DNA of 64,000 nucleotides, from NCBI RefSeq assembly GCF_009914755.1, contig NC_060928.1; one strand, given 5' to 3'. Shown piece by piece: positions 21,741-44,305 of this stretch. Origin of the DNA: the human T2T-CHM13v2.0 reference genome, Homo sapiens. The stretch's first letter is position 1; each line of letters begins with the position of its first letter. The notes under the pieces were generated by a model. That model was not told where the DNA came from. It saw nothing but the letters and a program-made list of their open reading frames with translations, and searched no databases. Position numbers and translations under genes: made by a program.

Positions 21741-22758
21741 CCTACTAAATGTTGGTAAGGATGCCTAACAATAAGATCTCTGATATACAGCTGATAGGAA
21801 TGTAAGTTGATATTGCTCTTTAGAAAAAGTTTGGTTTTACTTTCTACAGTTGATTCTATGGATATTGTAGACCTAGCAATTCTACTCCAAGTGAAATGCA
21901 CTTTCACATGTACGTGGAGAGACACGTACAATAATGTTCTTAGCAGTACTTTTCATAATAGCCAAAAAAACTAAAAGAAGCAAAATGTAGAATAAGTACT
22001 ATTCATTGACAGAAGAGTCAACAGTAGTGTGGTCATACAATGGAATGCTGCATGGTAATGAATAAGAAAAAACTATGGTTCCACTCAGTAATCTCACAAA
22101 CATAATGTTGGGCATTTTGAACCAGGTGACATGCTGTATAATTCTGTTTATATAAAATTCAAAAAAACCAGCCCAAACCAAACTATAGTGTTTAGTGACA
22201 AAATGTATTAAGAGAAGCAAAGTAGTGGTTCCTGTAGAAGTCAGGAAATTGGCCCAGTGACCACCTGTATCAGACCATCTGCCCCAAATCTACTGAAGAA
22301 TAATTACTGGGGATTGAGCTAAAAAACCTGCACTTTTAAATTCATACGCCCAGGTGATTCAACTGCTGCTGTCATTAGGAGAAGAAAGATGCAGGGTAGG
22401 CCACCAGCCCTTGTCTCAGGAATAATTAGGGCTAGTTTGTGTGCTGAATACATGTATAGGAATATTTTAGGGCTCGTTAGGCTGATATCAATTCCACTCT
22501 ACCCCTGCCTCACAGAGTTACAGGTTCCTGAAGTGTGAGGACCCTCCTCCCTCAATCAGAGGCCCTAAAATAATTACTACCATGTGTTGAACTCTAGAAA
22601 TTGATGACTTTGTTCATTCCATACAAAATAACCTGCACTTCCCACCCAGTCCCTGCTTGCTTAGAGTATCATATTTGGATTCAAGGAAACTGGGATACAG
22701 ATGTGTTTCAAAGGATACACACTGCATCTGTGAGTCCCCAAGTTACTCCGCTGATATT

Positions 22759-22759
22759 A

Positions 22760-22803
<44 letters not shown>

Positions 22804-24816
22804 TAAGTCCCATCAGGTGAAATGAACAATTTTTCACCTGTTTTTTTTTTTTTTTTATTAAATTTATTTTTTTATTGATAATTCTTGGGTGTTTCTCACA
22901 GAGGGGTATTTGGCAGGGTCATGGGACAATAGTGGAGGGAAGGTCAGCAGATAAACAAGTGAACAAAGGTCTCTGGTTTTCCTAGGCAGAGGACCCTGCG
23001 GCCTTCCGCAGTGTTTGTGTCCCTGATTACTTGAGATTAGGGATTGGTGATGACTCTTAACGAGCATGCTGCCTTCAAGCATCTGTTTAACAAAGCCCAT
23101 CTTGCACCGCCCTTAATCCATTTAACCCTGAGTGGACACAGCACATGTTTCAGAGAGCACAGGGTTGGGGGTAAGGTCACAGATCAACAGGATCCCAAGG
23201 CAGAGGAATTTTTCTTAGTGTAGAACAAAATGAAAAGTCTCCCATGTCTACTTCCTTCCACACAGACACGGCAACCATCCGATTTCTCAATCTTTTCCCC
23301 ACCTTTCCCGCCCTTCCATTCCACAAAGCCGCCATTGTCATCCTGGCCCGTTCTCAATGAGCTGTTGGGTACACCTCCCAGATGGGGTGGTGGCCGGGCA
23401 GAGGGGCTCCTCACTTCCCAGTAGGGGCGGCCGGGCAGAGGCGCCCCTCACCTCCCGGACGGGGCGGCTGGCCGGGCAGGGGGGCTGACCCCCCCCACCT
23501 CCCTCCCGGAGGGGGCGGCTGGCCGGACGGGGGGCTGACCCCCCCACCTCCCTCCCGGACGGGGCGGCTGGCCGGGCAGAGGGGCTCCTCACTTCCCAGT
23601 AGGGGCGGCCGGGCAGAGGCGCCCCTCACCTCCCGGACGGGGCGGCTGGCCGGGCGGGGGGGCTGACCCCCCCCACCTCCCTCCCGGACGGGGCGGCTGG
23701 CCGGGCGGGGGGGCTGACCCCCCCCACCTCCCTCCCGGACGGGGCGGCTGGCCGGGCGGGGGGCTGACACCCCCACCTCCCTCCCGGATGGGGCGGCTGG
23801 CCGGGCGGGGGGCCGACCCCCCCACCTCCCTCCCGGACGGGGCGGCTGGCCGGGCAGAGGGGCTCCTCACTTCCCAGAAGGGGTGGCCGGGCAGAGGCGC
23901 CCCTCACCTCCCAGACGGGGCGGCTGGCCGGGTGGAGGGCTGACCCCCCCACCTCCCTCCCGGACGGGGCAGTGAGGAGTGTCTCTGCCTGGCTGCCCAT
24001 CGTCTGGGATGTGAGGAGCCCCTCTGCCTGGCTGCCCAGTCTGGAAAGTGAGGAGCGTCTCCGCCTGGCCGCCATCCCATCTAGGAAGTGAGGAGCGCCT
24101 CTTCCCAGCCGCCATCACATCTAGGAAGTGAGGAGCGTCTCTGCCCGGCCGCACATCGTCTGGGATGTGAGGAGGAGATCGTCTGAGATGTGGGGAGCGC
24201 CTCTGCCCCGCCGCCCCATCTGGGATGTGAGGAGCGCCTCTGCCCGGCCGAGACCCCGTCTGGGAGGTGAGGAGCGTCTCTGCCCGGCCGCCCCGTCTGA
24301 GAAGTGAGGAGCCCCTCCGCCCGGCAGCTGCCCCGTCTGAGAGGTGAGGAGCCTCTCCGCCCGGCAGCCACCCCATCTGGGAAGTGAGGAGCGTCTCCGC
24401 CCGGCAGCCACCCCATCTGGGAAGTGAGGAGCGTCTCCGCCCGGCAGCCACCCCGTCCGGGAGGGAGGTGGGGGGGGTCAGCCCCCCGCCCGGCCAGCCG
24501 CCCCGTCCGGGAGGTGAGGGGCGCCTCTGCCCGGCCGCCCCTACTGGGAAGTGAGGAGCCCCTCAGCCCGGCCAGCCACCCCGTCCGGGAGGGAGATGGG
24601 GGGGTCAGCCCCCCCACCCGGCCAGCCGCCCCGTCCGGGAGGGAGGTGGGGGGGTCAGCCCCCCCGCCTGGCCAGCCGCCCCGTCCGGGAGGGAGGTGGG
24701 GGGGTCAGCCCTCCGCCCGGCCAGCCGCCCCGTCGGGGAGGTGAGGGGCGCCTCTGCCCGGCCGCCCCTACTGGGAAGTGAGGAGCCCCTCTGCCCGGCC
24801 AAGTTTTTAGTTTTTT
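22759..24816 (-). mobile_element. SVA (F-like) with 5' inversion and short 3' transduction
   Basis: SINE-R and VNTR antisense at 22857-23970, VNTR sense at 23971-24800. Two poly-T tracts; 16-bp TSD aagtttttagtttttt at 22759-22774 and 24801-24816. Confidence 0.93.
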
Positions 24817-25114
24817 CAGAAATGAACATAATTACTGTAATCTTTCTTATCCCATTCATAGCACTTATCTTATTTTGAAAACAGCTCCCTAGAGAAACAC
24901 TCATAAATCCCTTTGAAATAATTATGAACTTAATGTTTGAGCTTTTCATGCACAGAAGTTGAAAATGTTACCCTTTTATGACAAATTAGAGAACAAACAA
25001 ATCACTAAAGACGATAAGAAAGTCCAACTGTAGTTTATTTAATGGGATTGTGGGATTACAGTTGGGAATATGGAAAGAGTGGAAGAGAACAAACAAGTGT
25101 TTAAGAAACCAAAT

Positions 25115-26527
<1,413 letters not shown>

Positions 26528-26574
26528 GAAATCCCTGTAAGTCCACAGGCTTCATGTGATTTATAAATCCATAA

Positions 26575-26772
<198 letters not shown>

Positions 26773-26801
26773 TGAGATATGATTGACAAATAAAAATTGT
26801 A

Positions 26802-27447
<646 letters not shown>

Positions 27448-28248
27448 TCTCTTAGCAAATTTTAAGTATACATTTTAATTAACCATAGTTACCATACTGT
27501 ACATAAGGTCTCCATACATATTCATCTTATAACTGAAAGTTTGTACTCTTTGACCAAAAATTCCCCATTTATCTTACCTCACACCTCCAGGTAACCACTG
27601 TTCTACTATGCTTCTATAACTTTGACTTTTTAGATTACACATATGAGTGAAATTATGCAGTTTTTGTCTTTCTGTGGCTGAGTAATTTCACTTAGCATAA
27701 AGTCCTCCAGGTGCATCCATGTTGTCACATAAACCAAGATGTCCTTCTCTTTAAGGCTGAATAATTTTCCATTGTATTATATACCACATTCTCTTTATCC
27801 ATTCATTATTGATGGACACGTAAGTTGTTTCTAGATCTTGACTCTTGTGAATAATGCTGTAATGAACATGGGAGTGCAGGTAGCTCTTCGAGGTCGTGAT
27901 TTTATTTCCTTTGGATATGTATCAGTAGGATTGTTGGATCATATAGTAATTCTATTTTTAATTTTTTTCAGGAACCTCCCAATTAACATTCCCATCAATA
28001 GTGGATAAGGGTTTCCTTTTCACACATCTTTGATAACACTTATTTTTTAACTTTTTGATAATAGCCATTCTAACAGGTAGAAGTAATACCTGGTTGTGGT
28101 TTTGATTTGCATTTCCCTGAAATTAGTGAGGTTGAGAACCTTGTTATATACTTGTTGGCCATGTGTATGTGTTATTTGGAAAAATGTCTCTTCAAGTCAT
28201 TTCCCATTTTTAAATCAGTTTTTTTTCTGCTATTTAGTTATATGGGTT

Positions 28249-28842
28249 TGTACACCAAAAGTATCTGAGACAGGTCTCAATCAATTTAGAAAGTCTATTT
28301 TGCCAAGGTGAAGGACACATCTGTGAACAGCCTCTGGAAGTCCTGACAACATATGCCCAAGGTTAGGGTAGAGCTTGGTTTTATACATGTTAGGGAGACA
28401 TGAGACATCAATCAATACATGTAAGATGTACATTGGTTCAATCCAGAAAGGCAGGACAACTCAAAGCATGTGCTACCAGGTCAGAGGCAGATTTAAAGAT
28501 TTTCTGATTAGCAATTGGTTGAAAGGGATTTTATCTAAAGACCTGGAGTAGAACAGAAAGGAATGTCTGGGTTTTGATAAAGGGATGTGGAGACCAAGGT
28601 TTTATGATACAAATGAAGCCTACAGGTAGGTTTCAGAGAGAATAGACTGTGTTTCTTATCAGATTTAAAGAGTCTGTTCTATCAGTCTTAAGGTCTCTCT
28701 GTTGATGTTTGTGAGGCATGTCTGACCCCCACTTCCCATCATGCCCTGAACTAGTTTTTCAGGATAATTTGAAAATGCCCTTGGCCAAGGGGAAGCTCCA
28801 CCAGTCAGTTGGGGGAGCTTAGAATTTTATTTTTGGTTTACA
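28249..28842 (-). mobile_element. MER4-family ERV1 solo LTR
   Basis: tgtacaccaaaagtatctgagacaggtctcaatc...ttttggtttaca; antisense relative of the LTR at 16843. Confidence 0.75.
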
Positions 28843-29190
28843 AGTTCATTATATATTTTGGATATTAACTCCTTGTCAGGCCTCTGAGCCCAAGCCAAGC
28901 CATCGCATCCCCTGTGACTTGCACATATACGCCCAGATGGCCTGAAGTAACTGAAGAATCACAAAAGAAGTGAATATGCCCAGCCCCACCTTAACTGATG
29001 ACATTCCACCACAAAAAGAAGTGTAAATGGCCGGTCCTTGCCTTAACTGATGACATTACCTTGTGAAAGTCCTTTTCCTGGCTCATTCTGGCTCAAATAG
29101 CACCCCCATTGAGCACCTTGCAACCCCCACTCCTGCCCGCCAGAGAACAAACCCCCTTTGACTGTAATTTTCCTTTACCCACCCAAATCA

Positions 29191-29476
29191 TATAAAATGG
29201 CCCCACCCTTATCTCCCTTCGCTGACTCTCTTTTCAGACTCAGCCCACCTGCACCCAGGTGATTAAAAGCTTTATTGCTCACACAAAGCCTGTTTGGTGG
29301 TCTCTTCACACGGATGCGCAAGAAATTTGGTGCCGTGACTTGGATCAGGGACCTCCCTTGGGAGATCAATCCCCTGTCCTCCTGCTCTTTGCTCTGTGAG
29401 AAAGATCCACCTACGACCTCAGGTCCTCAGACCGACCAGCCCAAGAAACATCTCACCAATTTCAAATCCGGTAAGC
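29191..29476 (+). promoter_or_regulatory. LTR7 TATA box, tRNA-His PBS and major splice donor
   Basis: TATAAAA 29191-29197; PBS TGGTGCCGTGACTTGGAT (one mismatch to the tRNA-His 3' end); donor CCG|GTAAGC at 29470/29471. Confidence 0.8.
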
Positions 29477-30056
29477 GGCCTCTTTTTACTGTCTTCTCCA
29501 ACCTCCCTCACTATCCGTCAACCTCTTTCTCCTTTCAATCTTGGCGCCACACTGCAGTCTCTCCCTTCTCTTAATTTCAATTCCTTTCATTTTCTGGTAG
29601 AGACAAAGGAGACATGTTTTATCCGTGGACCCAAAACTCTGGCGCCGGTCACGGACTGGGAAGGCAGCCTTCCCTTGGTGTTTAATCATTGCAGGGATGC
29701 CTCTCTGATTATCTACCCACGTTTCAAGAGTGTCAGACCACGCAGGGAAGCCTGCCTTGGTCCTTCACCCTTAGTGGCAAGTCCCGCTTTTCTGGGGAAG
29801 GGGCAAGTACGCCAACACCTTCTCTCCTTGTCTCTACCCCTTCTCTGCTTTTGTGGGGAAAGGGCAAGTACCCCAACCCCTTCTCTCCTTGTCTCTACCC
29901 CTTCTCTGCTTTTCTGGGGGAGGGGCAAGTACCCCTCAACCCCTTCTCCTTCACCCTTAGCGGCAAGTCCCGCTTTTCTGGGGGAGGGGCAAGCACCCCT
30001 CAACACCTTCTCCTTCACCCTTGGTGGCAAGTCCCTCTTTTCTATGGGGCAAGAAC

Positions 30057-30332
30057 CCCCAATCCCTTATTTCTGCACCCCGACCTCTTATCTCTGTGCC
30101 CCAATCCCTTATTTCCATGCCCCAACCTCTTATCTCTATGCCCCAATCCCTTATTTCCGCACCCCAACCTCTTATCTCTGTGCCCCAATCCCTTATTTCC
30201 ATGCCCCAACCTCTTATCTCTATGCCCCAATCCCTTATTTCCGCACCCCAACCTCTTATCTCTGTGCCCCAATCCCTTATTTCCACACCCCAACCTCTTA
30301 TCTCTGTGCCCCAATCCCTTATTTCCGTGCCC
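30057..30332 (+). repeat. 42-bp tandem repeat x6.5 in the HERV-H leader
   Basis: Unit ccccaatcccttatttcc...ccccaacctcttatctctrtg at an exact 42-nt period. Confidence 0.9.
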
Positions 30333-31318
30333 TGACCCCCCTCCCTGCTTTTCTGGAGGGTAAGAACCCCCAAATCCCTTCCCTCCGTGTCTCTACACTC
30401 TCTTTTCTCTAGGTTTGCCTCCTTCACTATGGGCAACCTTCCACCCTCCATTCCTCCTTCTTCTCCCTTAGCCTGTGTTCTTAAGAACTTAAAACCTCTT
30501 CAACTCTCACCTGACCTAAAATCTAAGTGTCTTATTTTCTTCTGCAATGCCGTTTGACCCCAGTACAAACTCAACAGTAGTTCCAAATAGCCGGAAAATG
30601 GCACTTTCAATTTTTCCATCCTACAAGATCTGAATAATTCTTGTCGTAAAATAGGCAAATGGTCTGAGGTGCCTGACGTCCAGGCATTATTTTACACATC
30701 AGTCCCTTCCTAGTCTCTGTGCCCAGTGCAACTCATCCCAAATCTTCCTTCCTTCCCGCCTGTCCCCTCAGTCCCAACCCCAAGCGTCGCTGAGTCTTTC
30801 TAATCTTCCTTTTCTACAGACCCATCTGACCTCTCCCCTCCTCGCCAGGCCAAGCTAGGTCCCAATTCTTCCTCAGCCTCCACTCCTCCACCCTGTAATC
30901 TTTTTATCGCCTCCCCTCCTCACACCTGGTCCAGCTTACGGTTTAATTCCATGACTAGCCCTCCCCCACCTGCCCAGCAATTTACTCTTAAAAAGGTGGC
31001 TGGAGCCAAAGGCATAGTCGAGGTTAATGCTCCTTTTTCTTTACCCCAAATCAGAAGGGTTTAGGCTCTTTTTCATCAGATATAAAAACCCAGCCCAGTT
31101 CATGGCTCGTTCAGCAGCAACCCTGAGACGCTTTACAGCCCTAGACCCTAAAAGGTCAAAAGGCCATCTTATTCTCAATATACATTTTATTACCCAATCT
31201 GCTCCCAACATTAAACTCCAAAAATTAGAATCTGGCCCTCAAACCCCGCAACAGGACTTAACCTCACCTTCAAGGTGTACAATAATAAAAAAAAAAGTGG
31301 CAATTCCTTGCCTCCACT

Positions 31319-32560
31319 GTGAGACAAACCCCAGCCACATCTCCAGCACACAAGAACTTCCAAACGCCTAAACCGAAGTGCCCAGGCGTTCCTCCAGAAC
31401 CTCCTCCCCCAGGAGCTTGCTACAAGTGCCAGAAATCTGACCACCAGGCCAAGGAATGCCTGCAGCCCAGGATTCCTCCTAAGCCGTGTCCCATCTGTGC
31501 GGGGACCCCACTGGAAATTGGACTGTTCAACTCACCTGGCAGCCACTCCCAGAGCCCCTGGAACTCTGGCCCAAGGCTCTCTGACTGACTCCTTGGCTTA
31601 GCGGCTGAAGACTGATGCTGCCCGATCGCCTCAGAAGCCCCCTAGACCATCACGGATGCCGAGCTTCGGGTAACTCTCACAGTGGAAGGTAAGTCCGTCC
31701 CCTTCTTAATCAATACGGAGGCTACCCACTCCACATTACCTTCTTTTCAAGGGCCTGTTTCCCTTGCCTCCATAACTGTTGTAGTTATTGACAGCCAGGC
31801 TTCTAAACCTCTAAAAACTCCCCAACTCTGGTGCCAACTTGGACAACACTCTTTTATGCACTCTTTTTTAGTTATCCCCACCTGCCCAGTTCCATTATTA
31901 GGCCGAGATATTTTAACCAAATTATCTGCTTCCCTGACTATTCCTGGACTACAGCCGCATCTCATTGCTACCCTTCTCCCCAACCCAAAGCCTCCTTCGC
32001 GTCTTCCTCTCATATCCCCCCACCTTAACCCACAAGTATAGGACATCTCTACTCCTTCCCTGGCAACCAATCACATGCCCATTACCATCCCATTAAAACC
32101 TAATCACCCATACCCCACTCAACGCCAATATCCCATCCCACAGCACGCTTTAAAAGGATTAAAGCCTGTTATCACTCGCCTGCTACAGCATAGGCTTCTA
32201 AAACCTATAAACTCTCCTTACCATTCCCCCATTTTACCTGTCCTAAAACCAGACAAGGCTTACAAGTTAGTTCAGAATCTGCGCCTTATCAACCAAATTG
32301 TTTTGCCTATCCACCCCGTGGTGCCAAACCCACATACTCTCCTATCCTCAATACCTCCCTCTACTACCCATTATTCTGTTCTGGATCTCAAACATGCTTT
32401 CTTTACTATTCCTTTGCACCCTTCATCCCAGCCTCTCTTTGCCTTCACTTAGACTGACCCTGACACCCATTAGGCTCAGCAAATTACCTGGGCTGTACTG
32501 CCGCAAGGCTTCACAGACAGCCCCCATTACTTCAGTCAAGCCCAAATTTCATCCTCATCT
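31319..32560 (+). pseudogene. HERV-H gag/pro/pol remnants
   Basis: Zinc knuckle CYKCQKSDHQAKEC; protease-like LINTEAT (catalytic DTG lost) and LLGRDIL; RT motifs LDLKHAFF and LPQGF; stops and frameshifts present. Confidence 0.9.
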
Positions 32561-33908
32561 GTTAGTCATACTCCTATTCACCGTTCTCAACTACTCATAC
32601 ATGCCCTGCTCTTGTTTACACTGCCGGTTTACACTGTTTCTCCAAGCCATCACAGCTGATATCGCCTGGTGCTATCCCCAAACTGCCACTCTAAACTCTT
32701 GAAGTAAATAAATAATCTTTGCTGGCAGAACTATGCTGAATCTCCTTAGGCACTCTCTAATCAGATGTCCTAGGTCCTCCCAATTCTTAGACCTTTTATA
32801 CCTGTTTTTCTCCTCTTATTCCATATAGTTTCTCAATTCATCCAAAGCCGTATCCAGGCCATCACCAATCATTCTATATGACAAATGTTTCTTCTAACAT
32901 CCCCACAATATCACCCCTTACCACAAGACCTCCCTTCAGCTTAATCTCTCCCACTCTAGGTTCCCACGCCGCCCCTAATCCCGCTTGAAGCAGCCCTGAG
33001 AAACATCGCCCATTCTCTCTCCATACCACCCCCCCAAAATTTTCGCCACCCCAACACTTCAACACTATTTTGTTTTATTTTTCTTATTAATATAAGAAGG
33101 CAGGAATGTCAGGCCTCTGAGCCCAAGCCAAGCCATCACATCCCCTGTGACTTGCACATATATGCCCAGATGGCCTGAAGTAACTGAAGAATCACAAAAG
33201 AAGTGAATATGCCCTGCCCCACCTTAACTGATGACATTCCACCACAAAACAAGTGTAAATGGCCGGTCCTTGCCTTAACTGATGACATTACCTTGTGAAA
33301 GTCCTTTTCCTGGCTCATCCTGGCTCAAAAGCACCCCCACTGAGCACCTTGCGACCCCCACTCCTGCCCGCCAGAGAACAAACCCCCTTTGACTGTAATT
33401 TTCCTTTACCTACCCAAATCCTATAAAACGGCCCCACCCTTAACTCCCTTCACTGACTCTCTTTTCGGACTCAGCCCACCTGTACCCAGGTGATTAAAAG
33501 CTTTATTGCTCACACAAAACCTGTTTGGTGGTCTCTTCACACGGACGCGCATGAAACTCCTTATCTGAGATATGGTTTGCAAATATTTCCCCTTATTCTG
33601 TCAGTTTTCTTTTCACTTCGTTGATAGTTTCCTTTCCTGTGTAGAAAGTTTTTGTTTGATGTAGTTCCATTTGTTTATTTTTGCTTTAGTAAACTTTGCT
33701 ATTGATGTTATATCTAAAATTCACTACCAAGACCAATGTCAGAAAGCTTTCTCCCTATGTTGTCTAGGAGTTTCTTGTTTTCAGGTCTTATGTTTAACTC
33801 TTTAATCTATTTTGAGTTGATTTTTGTGTATAGTGTAAGATAGGAGTACAATTTCTTTCTTTTATATGTCGATATCCAGTTTTCTCAGCCTAATTATAGA
33901 CGAGACTG

Positions 33909-34527
33909 CTGTGGGAGCCATAGGCTCTTGGCTCTCTAAAGCTTTGGTAAAAATCACTGATGTGAGGCAGAGTGATTAATAAAAGAAAAGGCATAAAAAT
34001 TTATTTAACATGCATCCACGGGAGCCTTCAGAATAAAAGCCCAACTTCCCAATGAGTTACGGAAACGTGTATATTATCCTGAGGCCACAGTAAAGAATGC
34101 AGACTCAGAGCATGTCCAGAAACAGGTAAATCAGGCTTAGTGGCAAGGCAGGTTTAGAGAGAGAGAAATGAGGAGTCTTGGCTGGCAAAGGTGGCTTTTT
34201 TATGTAGATGAAGCCTCCCTCAGAGAGAATAGATGGTAAATGTTTCTTTTCAGATTTTTAAAGGTGTCAGTTCATCTGTCAGTATTGGAGGAAAAAGTTT
34301 TAAATAAATAAACAATAAAGGTGTCAGACTCTCAACCTCTCCTGGATCTGGGAGAAGGCATAGAAATGGGAGGGGATATGGCTTCATTAATGAAGATTCT
34401 CTACAGATGCAAATTTCCCCCACTTAGAATAGCTTCACAAGGCCACTTCTGTCTGCTGGCCAAGTAGCAGCCATTTAAAAATATGTCAAAGAAATATATT
34501 TTTGGATAAAATATTTTAATTTCCTTC
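33909..34527 (-). mobile_element. ERV1 solo LTR (MER39/MER34-like)
   Basis: Minus strand begins tgaaggaaattaaaatatttt...; interrupts the antisense L1. Confidence 0.6.
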
Positions 34528-34757
34528 ACTATTCTTTCCCTATTGTGTATTCTTGGTGCTTTTGTTGAAGATTAGCTAACTGTATATGCGTGGGTTTATT
34601 TCTGGGTTCTCTATTCTTTTTCATTGGTCTGTGTGTCTGTTTTTATGCCAGTGCCATGCTCCTTTGATTGCTACAGTTTTCTAATATAATTTGAAATTAG
34701 GACAAATGTTTTTTCTTGCTGCTTTCAAAATTCTCTGTCTTTGATTTTTGAAAGTTT

Positions 34758-40914
<6,157 letters not shown>

Positions 40915-40936
40915 GTTTGATTTAATGTGTCATGGT

Positions 40937-41424
40937 TGAAGAAAGCAAAGATCACTTGGTGACCATCCAGAGGCAAAACTTATCTGAGGAATTTAGAAGT
41001 AATTAGATTTTCCTATTATCTAAAGCTGGCATCTGGTACCAGTCTTCTTTCCCCCGAATTTATAAGTAACTAGAATTTTTATACATCTCCAGAATGCATG
41101 CATATCAAAACTCATTGTGCAACCCTTGCTGACATCAAGGCACCAAAATGTCTACAAATGTAATCATTTATTATAACCTACATGGCTAATATGGTCCAAA
41201 TTGCCCTTAAAGCTTCTGCTTTAAGGTCCATAAATACCCCTAAGGAAAAATTCACCACAATGCACTCAGTCCTCTTTTGTTGAGGTGCCCCACTGCACTC
41301 TTCTCCAGTGTTCTAATAAAACTACTTTTCAAACCTATACTGTTGTTGGTAAATTATTCTTACTACCCTGCTACCTGCAAGCTGACCACTTTCCATTGCT
41401 GGGGCTCTAACAGCTCGCCTAACA
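40937..41424 (+). mobile_element. ERV1 solo LTR (LTR23/LTR24-like)
   Basis: TG...CA ends, TATA-like cataaata, AATAAA at about 41315; subfamily from memory. Confidence 0.55.
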
Positions 41425-41841
41425 ATGGAAAAGTCACCTTTGGGTTGAATCTGTTTGGGAATTTTTTATCTTCATGTACCTGGCTGTCCGTATCTCTCTC
41501 CAGGTTTGGGGAGTTTTTGTTCTTTAAATAAGTTTTCCACTTCTTTCTCCCTTCTGGTACTTTCTTTCTCTTTTCCTTCTGGTACTATCATAGTCTGTAT
41601 ATTAGTTATCTTGATAGTGTTCCCCAAATCCCATAGCCTTTCCTCATTTCTTTTCATTCATTTTTTTCTTCTTTCTCCTCTGATTGGGTAGTTTCAAATG
41701 ATCTGCTTTGAGTACACAGATTCTTTCTTTTGCTTGATCAAGTTAGCTGTTGATGCTCTCCGTTGCATTTTTTATTTCATTTATTGCATTATTCAGCTCC
41801 AGAATTTTTTTTAATAAATTTTATTGTGCTTGCTTAAGGTA

Positions 41842-44305
<2,464 letters not shown>

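Larger units (their letters stand above)
28874..33556 (+). mobile_element. HERV-H provirus (LTR7-int-LTR7), internally deleted, 4.68 kb
   Basis: LTRs 28874-29325 and 33107-33556 (about 19 differences by my hand alignment). PBS-His at 29328-29345, PPT at 33094-33106, 5-bp TSD CTCCT at 28869-28873 and 33557-33561. Confidence 0.97.

Noticed and set aside
23184-24949. Many overlapping Pro/Gly/Arg-rich ORFs up to 194 aa
   Set aside because: Translations of the stop-poor SVA VNTR on both strands; not genes.
29328-29345. tRNA-His-matching sequence
   Set aside because: An 18-nt retroviral primer-binding site, not a tRNA gene.
30057-30332. Regular repeat array resembling CRISPR
   Set aside because: Contiguous tandem units with no unique spacers, inside HERV-H in human DNA, and no cas genes.
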